A DNA stretch of 64,000 bases from a virus (lineage: Duplodnaviria > Caudoviricetes), in IMG/VR virus record IMGVR_UViG_3300006169_000026, positions 2,697-66,696 of that record. One strand, given 5' to 3'. The first letter of the stretch is position 1. Every line of letters begins with the position of its first letter. A program made the translations under genes and the position numbers. Below the pieces are notes generated by a model. That model was not told the DNA's origin. It searched no databases and saw only the letters and a list, made by a program, of their open reading frames with translations. Positions 58,117 to 64,000 of the stretch are shown here, piece after piece.

Positions 58117-58205
58117 AAGCGCTCGCCGAATGGTTCGGCCAAATCGTGATCGGGTTGGTCATCTTCGCGGTGAGCTTCGGTCTCGCCGTCCTGGTGTCCC
58201 GGTGA
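58113..58205 (+). CDS. 30-aa single-helix membrane peptide
   Basis: GTGA overlap; FGQIVIGLVIFAVSFGLAVLV. Confidence 0.4.
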   Translation: MKALAEWFGQIVIGLVIFAVSFGLAVLVSR

Positions 58206-58243
58206 GCCGCGCCGTCGGTCGCGAGCTGCGCGGCGCCCGGCTG

Positions 58244-58507
58244 ATGACCGGCGGGCCCGGGGTGCTCATCATCACCACGCGCCGGGGGCGGCTGCTCTCG
58301 GGCGGCGCCTGCGCCGCGCTCGAGCGAGCGGCTCTCCGGCTGGGCTACCGCGGGCGCGGCAAGCGCGACCCCTGGACGGCGGTGGTCCGCGCCGTCGACG
58401 ATTACCGGCTCGACGAGGTTTTGAGCGAGGCCATCGAGGAGCAGGAAGCCCGCCCGGAAGATGCGCGTACGGGGCCGCCAGGGCCCGGCAAAGGGCATGG
58501 CCCGTGA
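58244..58507 (+). CDS. Hypothetical protein
   Basis: MTGGPGVLII... Confidence 0.4.
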   Translation: MTGGPGVLIITTRRGRLLSGGACAALERAALRLGYRGRGKRDPWTAVVRAVDDYRLDEVLSEAIEEQEARPEDARTGPPGPGKGHGP

Positions 58508-58800
58508 GCCGGCTCCGGAGCGCCGCCGCCGCGTGGGTCGAGCACGGCCGTTGGCTCGGGCGGGTCGAAGCCTACTCCGCCGCGAAAGCCGCGCTCGAGC
58601 GCGCCGGCAAAGCGCCGGCCGCGACCGTCTGGAATGCCGGGCTCGACCTGGAAGCGGACGCCTGCGCGACGAACGCGGCCACCGCGCGCCGGGAAGCCGA
58701 AGCGCTGATGGCCGCGCTCGAGCACCCCGGCGCCCGGCTCGCCCGGCGGATCGTCACAGCCGCTCGCGCCGCTCGCGCCGCATGGCGGGCGTCGCGCTAG
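58504..58800 (+). CDS. Hypothetical protein
   Basis: 98 aa; stop overlaps the convergent gene. Confidence 0.5.
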   Translation: MSRLRSAAAAWVEHGRWLGRVEAYSAAKAALERAGKAPAATVWNAGLDLEADACATNAATARREAEALMAALEHPGARLARRIVTAARAARAAWRASR

Positions 58801-59087
58801 TTGGCGCTCCGGTCCGGCGTACCGACGGGCACGCTCTCGACAACGACGTCGGCGCCGGTCACCGCGCACACGCCGCCGATCATCCCGAGCTCAAGCGCGA
58901 TCGACAGGTACCACTCCGCGGTCTCGTAATCGATGCAGATGTCGTCGGCGATGATCCGCGCGACGGCGCCGCCGAGCGCGCCCGGGTGCCGACCGACGAC
59001 GAACACGCAGAACGCGAGCATGGCGAGCACGTCGCTCGGCATCTCGCCGTCGAAGCCCGGAAGCCACGGGACCGTGTAGAAGATCAC
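58797..59087 (-). CDS. Hypothetical protein
   Basis: VIFYTVPW...; GTGA overlap. Confidence 0.45.
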   Translation of the reverse strand: MIFYTVPWLPGFDGEMPSDVLAMLAFCVFVVGRHPGALGGAVARIIADDICIDYETAEWYLSIALELGMIGGVCAVTGADVVVESVPVGTPDRSAN

Positions 59088-59248
59088 CGGAGCGGCCCTC
59101 TCCGGGCGAGCCAAGCGGCGTGAGCGGCGGCGACGAAGAACAACACGAGCGCTGCCGCCCGGCGATCGAAGTAGAAACACGAGGCCGCCACGCCGAGCAC
59201 GAAGCCGAGCGCGAGCGCGTGGTCGACGGCGATGATCGGAACCCTCAC
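59084..59248 (-). CDS. Small membrane protein
   Basis: Two hydrophobic segments. Confidence 0.45.
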   Translation of the reverse strand: MRVPIIAVDHALALGFVLGVAASCFYFDRRAAALVLFFVAAAHAAWLARRGPLR

Positions 59249-59646
59249 GGCGGCGGATCCTTCGGTTTGAAGACGACGAAGTAAGGGACTCCGCCCGGGA
59301 GCGACGCCCAGACGTCGCGCGGGAGCACCCAACGCCCGAGCCCCGCGGCGATGCCCAGCGCGAACAACATCTCCATCGAAGCGTGCTCACCCCAATGCCG
59401 GTCGTGCTCGTCGACGCAAGCGTTGAGAAACGACCAGCCGTCGCCGCGTCCCTGATGGAATGGCGCTGGCAATCCGGCGAGCTGCTCGGCGATCGCGGCG
59501 CGCTTCTCCGCGACGCGATCCGTGTGCAACGCGAAGTTCGCCGTGATCCCCTCGACGGTGATGCGCGGCTCGGTGGGCTCGCCCTCTTTGAATAGGCAGT
59601 GCACGAGCAGCGCGCGCACCTCTTCCGCGTCTGGCTTTGGCTTCAT
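59245..59646 (-). CDS. Conserved-looking phage hypothetical protein
   Basis: GDGWSFLNAC.D...HWGEH.SMEMLFALG...LPGGVPYFVV. Confidence 0.6.
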   Translation of the reverse strand: MKPKPDAEEVRALLVHCLFKEGEPTEPRITVEGITANFALHTDRVAEKRAAIAEQLAGLPAPFHQGRGDGWSFLNACVDEHDRHWGEHASMEMLFALGIAAGLGRWVLPRDVWASLPGGVPYFVVFKPKDPPP

Positions 59647-60299
59647 CGCTTCGCTTTCTGGCGGCGCTTCGGGCGCGCCCACGGCGGAGCTTCCGCCGCG
59701 TTCCAATATTCGGTTGCGACCGTGCCGTCTTTGCGGCGGCGCGCGGTCTCGAGATGGCGGCGCCAACCGTCGGGCGGGTCGCCTTCGCCGTTCCAACCGA
59801 GCGCCGCCCGCCAAGCCGCCGCGTAGTCGGTGTAATCCCAATTCCCTTCGATGTTCACGCCGTCGTCGATACCGACACGGAGACGCGCGGCGCCGCCGCT
59901 CGGCTCGAGCCAAAGCACCCGGTCGTGCGGAAGCGACCGGCGATACCAGTAGTGGGGCCCGCTCTCGCCCGGCTCGAGTAGCTCGCCCGCTTCGTCGTAC
60001 CGCGGCGCGTGCCGTTGCTCGTACGCCCGGACGCACTCGAACATCGTCATCGTGATCGTTCTCGAGTCGATCGTCTCGACGTGCGGCTTCGGCTCGAGCA
60101 CTTCGTCGCCGTCGTCGAGATACGCCGCGGAGCGCGGGAGCGGGAAGATCGACCCGTCCGGGCGGCGCACGAGCAACATCCAAGCCGAGCAATTCACGAC
60201 GTAGCGGCGGCCGTCCGGGTCGCGGCTGTCGATCAACATCGTCGAGAGCAACGGTTGCCGACCGCCGGTCGGGATCTCCCAGGGCTCGAAGTCGGTCAT
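59643..60299 (-). CDS. Hypothetical protein
   Basis: MTDFEPWEI...; ATGA overlaps. Confidence 0.55.
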   Translation of the reverse strand: MTDFEPWEIPTGGRQPLLSTMLIDSRDPDGRRYVVNCSAWMLLVRRPDGSIFPLPRSAAYLDDGDEVLEPKPHVETIDSRTITMTMFECVRAYEQRHAPRYDEAGELLEPGESGPHYWYRRSLPHDRVLWLEPSGGAARLRVGIDDGVNIEGNWDYTDYAAAWRAALGWNGEGDPPDGWRRHLETARRRKDGTVATEYWNAAEAPPWARPKRRQKAKR

Positions 60300-60586
60300 T
60301 CGCGCACCGCCTCCGGCCACTCCGCTTCGGGAAGCTCTGTCCAACCGTAACGCGCGGCGTGCGCGTCGCACTCGGCGCGGCGGTATTGAGACGACCACTT
60401 CCGGCGAAAGCGTTCCCACATCATCACGCGTGCGCGCCGCCAGGTCGTGCCCGGGAAGCACACGAAGCGCGACGCGAGCGGCTCGCCGGTGTCCGGGTGC
60501 ACGTGCCCGTAGCCGAACGAAAAGCACCAGTCGTTCACTTCGTCCGGGTCGCCCGCGTACATGAGCTCGATGGTGATGCCGCTCAC
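60296..60586 (-). CDS. Hypothetical protein
   Basis: WCFSFGYGH...KWSSQY. Confidence 0.55.
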   Translation of the reverse strand: MSGITIELMYAGDPDEVNDWCFSFGYGHVHPDTGEPLASRFVCFPGTTWRRARVMMWERFRRKWSSQYRRAECDAHAARYGWTELPEAEWPEAVRE

Positions 60587-60783
60587 GGGAGCCCCTCGAT
60601 CGGCAGGTCGTACGCTGTCTCCCATCGCTCTCCGAGAGCCGCCATCTCGTCGAGTAGAGCGCCGTGCAACCGGTGCTCGACGTCGAGCGTCCGCACGTGC
60701 TCGGCGCGCCGCGCTCGGGCCCGAGCTTTCGCGAGACGCACGCTTGGCCAGTCCGCGGGATCGCGGGCTCGCATCGGATTCAC
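60583..60783 (-). CDS. Hypothetical protein
   Basis: 66 aa, GTGA overlaps. Confidence 0.5.
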   Translation of the reverse strand: MNPMRARDPADWPSVRLAKARARARRAEHVRTLDVEHRLHGALLDEMAALGERWETAYDLPIEGLP

Positions 60784-61628
60784 GCTTCACCTCGCGGCTT
60801 GGAGCCCATGATCGCGTCGAAGAACTCGGGCCCGAGTTGTTGGCGCATCTCTTCTTCCTGCTCGACCGTCGGCCGCTCGTCGTCGTACGCGCCGTCGATC
60901 ACCTTTTGCGCCAGGTCGTGGTAGCCGGCCGCGCGGAGCTCGTCGAGCGCGGCCATCTTGCCGCAGAGCTCGTCGCTGTCGAAGTCGTGGAAGCGCCCGG
61001 TTTTGGCTTCCGCGATCAACCGGTCGCGCGTCTCGCTAGGTGACTTCGCTTCGAGATCGGCAACGAGCGTCGTCTTCGTGTCGCCCTTCGGCCAGGAGCG
61101 GGGCTCGGGCGGCGGCGGCGGGATATACACGCCGTCGAGCTTCGGCGCCGACGCGGGCATTAGCCGGTCGATCACCGTGATCGCTTCGCTCGCGAGCAAC
61201 ATCGCGAGACCCAAGGTCTCTTTCGGCTCGCGCTTCTCGTTGACGGCGCTCGACAACTTCGCCGCCGTATTCGGGAGGTTGGCGGCGACTTCTTCGAGCG
61301 GGATTGAGCGCATCATGTCGACGGCGTGCCGGAGCGCGGCGGACGTGCTCGGGTCCGGTTGCACGACGTCTCCGCGCGGGCGATACCAATCCATGAGCCC
61401 GCCGAGCATCGCGAGCGCGTGCGCGCGGGACATGTTCGTGATCTGTCCGACGTTGCCCATGTCGTACGCGTCCGCGCCCGCCGGCGCCGTCGCGAGCACC
61501 CAGCCGCGGCCGGGAAGTGCTCGCGTGAGCGCGTCGGCCGCGCTCCGGAGTTGCGCTTCGGTTGCGTTGGCGCTCGACCCGGCGCTCCCGCTCTTCGCCG
61601 CCCGGCGCTGTTTTCGATTGAAGCTCAC
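60780..61628 (-). CDS. Hypothetical protein
   Basis: VSFNRKQRR...AKTGRFHDFDS...VIDGAYD. Confidence 0.55.
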   Translation of the reverse strand: MSFNRKQRRAAKSGSAGSSANATEAQLRSAADALTRALPGRGWVLATAPAGADAYDMGNVGQITNMSRAHALAMLGGLMDWYRPRGDVVQPDPSTSAALRHAVDMMRSIPLEEVAANLPNTAAKLSSAVNEKREPKETLGLAMLLASEAITVIDRLMPASAPKLDGVYIPPPPPEPRSWPKGDTKTTLVADLEAKSPSETRDRLIAEAKTGRFHDFDSDELCGKMAALDELRAAGYHDLAQKVIDGAYDDERPTVEQEEEMRQQLGPEFFDAIMGSKPRGEA

Positions 61629-62308
61629 GACTCGTCGTCCTCCGTGTGCGGTAGATGTAGCGGGCGCTCGCCGGCGGCGACGGCCGCGAGCTGTGCGGCA
61701 AGATTCTCGACGTGCTCGCGCACGTACGCGACGCGCCGGTAGCGTTGCACGCCGATGAACGTCTCCCAGTTCTCCGGGTCGATCGGCGGCGGCTCGACGT
61801 ACGCGCGCTTCGCTTTCTCGGCGCGCTTCGCGAGAAATTCGGGCATCGGTTGGCCCGGCGCGCCGCGAGACCAAGCGTCGGCGTAGAGCGCTTCGAGCGC
61901 TTTCTCACCCGGCGAGTAGTCGACCGCTCCGTGCCCGCAGTCGAAGCCGAGCACCCAATAATCCGCGACCGCGTCGCCCGAGAACGTGAGCCCGCGGTGC
62001 ACTTCGAAGCAACCTATCAGCTCGTCGAGCGGCAGGCCGTGCGCGGGGTGCCCGGGCGGGATAGCGACGTAGCCGCCAAACGCTCCGTTGAAGCACCGGC
62101 TGACTTGACACGGGTAGTGCGGCGGCGCTTTCGCGCGCCACAGCACGGCGTCGGGCTCGGTATCCCACGGCCCTTCGGGCCAGCCCGCCCGGTCGAAGCC
62201 GCGCCATTCGCGCTCGACGGACAGGTCTTCGGTGATGAAGTTCGGCGGCTCCGGCGCGCGCTCCCGTAGCGCGAGCTCGCCGCGGCTTTCGGCGTCGCTG
62301 TCAGGCAT
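61625..62308 (-). CDS. Conserved-looking phage hypothetical protein
   Basis: GGYVAIPPGHP...VHRGLTFS...WVLGFDCGH. Confidence 0.6.
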   Translation of the reverse strand: MPDSDAESRGELALRERAPEPPNFITEDLSVEREWRGFDRAGWPEGPWDTEPDAVLWRAKAPPHYPCQVSRCFNGAFGGYVAIPPGHPAHGLPLDELIGCFEVHRGLTFSGDAVADYWVLGFDCGHGAVDYSPGEKALEALYADAWSRGAPGQPMPEFLAKRAEKAKRAYVEPPPIDPENWETFIGVQRYRRVAYVREHVENLAAQLAAVAAGERPLHLPHTEDDES

Positions 62309-62410
62309 GGTCTCGGTCTCTCGTGAAAAGTGATCCATATACCTGTTTTCCGTTGACGTCACGCCCCTACGGTGATGCGCTCCCGACCCGGCCCGGGTAC
62401 CCTTGCCGGG

Positions 62411-64000
62411 ATGTACGCGTACGAGCCACGGCGGGGTAACCGGTATCGGCGGCGGGGCGGCGGGAGCATTGCGGCGACGAGCGCGCTGCCCACTGCCCCG
62501 GTCAATCACGCGGTGCTCGGGCGCCATCTCTTCGGCGAGCGCGTCCCGAAGAGCGAAAACGAGCGCGTCCACTACGGCAAAGCGCTCGACCTGATGCGCA
62601 TCGACTGGGCGCTGCGCGCCGCCGAGCGCGGGCGGATGATGCCCATCACGGACATCTCGCGCGAGCAGCTCACGTACGACGGGCACCTCTCGGCGGTGCT
62701 CAACAAGCGGCTCAACCGCGTTGCCGCGCTCCCGTGGGATGTGATGCCCGCGCAGGGCGAAGCGCTCGGCAGCCGCTACAACGAGAAGAAAGCCGAGCAC
62801 TACGCGGGCTTCGTGCGCGCGCAGCTCGACCTGATTCCGAACTTCCGCCAGGCGATGGTCCGCCTGGGCTGGGCGATCTACGACAACCGAGCGGGGCTCG
62901 AGCTGGACTGGGCGCACTACTGGAAGCAGTGGAATCTGACGAACCTCTATTGGATCCACCCGCGCCGCATCTCCTTCGGGCCGCACCGCGATCTGCGAGT
63001 CATCGACACGCGCTTCGACGCGAGCGACTTCCGCGACGTCGGCTTCCCGCTGGACTCGGTGCCGTACAAGTTCGCGGTCTACACGCCGCAGCTCTGGAAC
63101 GATTACCCGGAGCGCGAAGGCCTGGCGATCCGCACCCTCTATTGGTCGTACTTCGGCCGCGCCAGCGTGCGCGAGCGCAACATCCTGCAGGAGCTTTTCG
63201 GCCGCCCGTGGCGGGTGATGAAGCAGAAAGCGGACGCGCCGGCGTTCACCATCGGCGCCAACACGGACGCGAGCGACTCCGCTTTCGAGACCGTGAAGGC
63301 GCTCGGCATGCGCACCGCCGCGCGGCTCCCGCCGGGCTACGACCTCGATGTCATCCAACCGTTCAGCGGCGCCGGCCAGGTCGCGGGCGACATCATCGCG
63401 CACAGCGAGAAGGTGCAATCGAAGCTGGTGCTCGGCTCGACCGCGACGACCGACGCGGTGAGCACCGGGCTCGGGTCGAGCGTCGGCAACGCGCATCTCT
63501 CCGAGGAAGACCTCGTGATCTGGAGCGACGCCATCCGGCTCGCCGAGGTCATCGAGAACCAGATCACCGACGCCATCATCGCGGTGAACTTCGGCGCCGA
63601 GGAGGTCGAGCACGCGCCGCGCTTCATCATCCGAACCGAGGCGCCGATCTCGCGCGAAGAGGAAGGGAACCGGATCCAGAAAGCGCTGGACATCGGGCTG
63701 CGCGTCGGGCTCGAGGAGGCGCAGGAGAAGCTCGGGATCGAAGAAGTCAAAGACGGGCAGCCGTACCTGGTGAAGGTGCAGCGCCCGGCCGGGATGTTCG
63801 GCACGACCGAGGCGAAGCCCGAGATCGTCTACCCGCAGAACGGCGCGCCCCCGCCCGGCGAGCTCGCGCCCCCGCCCGCCGAGGGCTTCAATTTGCCGCC
63901 GGGCGGTGGTGGCAACCCGCCTCCTGCGAGCCCGCCCGGCGGCGCTCTACCGCCCGGCGCTCCGCCCCCGCCGGCACTGCCCGCAGCTCCGCAGCAGCAG
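62411..64000 (+). CDS. Portal protein, Mu gp29/DUF935-like (3' truncated)
   Basis: Translated by hand (no stop in window): AAERG...DGHLSAVLNKR..VAALPWDV; GL...LYWSYF...ELFGRP; TACCCT-N7-ATG. Confidence 0.85.
   Translation, partial: MYAYEPRRGNRYRRRGGGSIAATSALPTAPVNHAVLGRHLFGERVPKSENERVHYGKALDLMRIDWALRAAERGRMMPITDISREQLTYDGHLSAVLNKRLNRVAALPWDVMPAQGEALGSRYNEKKAEHYAGFVRAQLDLIPNFRQAMVRLGWAIYDNRAGLELDWAHYWKQWNLTNLYWIHPRRISFGPHRDLRVIDTRFDASDFRDVGFPLDSVPYKFAVYTPQLWNDYPEREGLAIRTLYWSYFGRASVRERNILQELFGRPWRVMKQKADAPAFTIGANTDASDSAFETVKALGMRTAARLPPGYDLDVIQPFSGAGQVAGDIIAHSEKVQSKLVLGSTATTDAVSTGLGSSVGNAHLSEEDLVIWSDAIRLAEVIENQITDAIIAVNFGAEEVEHAPRFIIRTEAPISREEEGNRIQKALDIGLRVGLEEAQEKLGIEEVKDGQPYLVKVQRPAGMFGTTEAKPEIVYPQNGAPPPGELAPPPAEGFNLPPGGGGNPPPASPPGGALPPGAPPPPALPAAPQQQ

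Overview
The window is almost entirely one GC-rich tailed phage genome with Mu-like contractile-tail structural genes. It opens inside the prohead protease gene and ends inside the portal gene, so it probably covers most of a circularly permuted genome. No integrase, transposase, CI-type repressor or protelomerase is recognisable. Instead there is a TrfA-family plasmid initiator with four upstream iterons, inserted with a tRNA-fMet and a HerA-like ATPase module into the middle of the tail operon. A ParA + ribbon-helix-helix partition pair sits next to a parS-like palindrome, and a separate lytic replicon (O-like initiator + DnaB) is present. The best reading is a phage-plasmid; the host is possibly myxobacterial, which is an inference. 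The most unusual extra signals are: (1) at least eight genes, mostly structural, preceded by an exact leaderless-promoter geometry TANNNT-N6/7-start, in a phage that also encodes an initiator tRNA, a CsrA homolog and a FliA-like sigma factor; (2) an identical 24-bp inverted repeat in front of two convergent receptor-binding-protein operons; (3) repeated leader cassettes on early genes; (4) ribosomal L9-N-like motifs in two proteins. All family assignments come from motif recognition by eye; no database searches were run.
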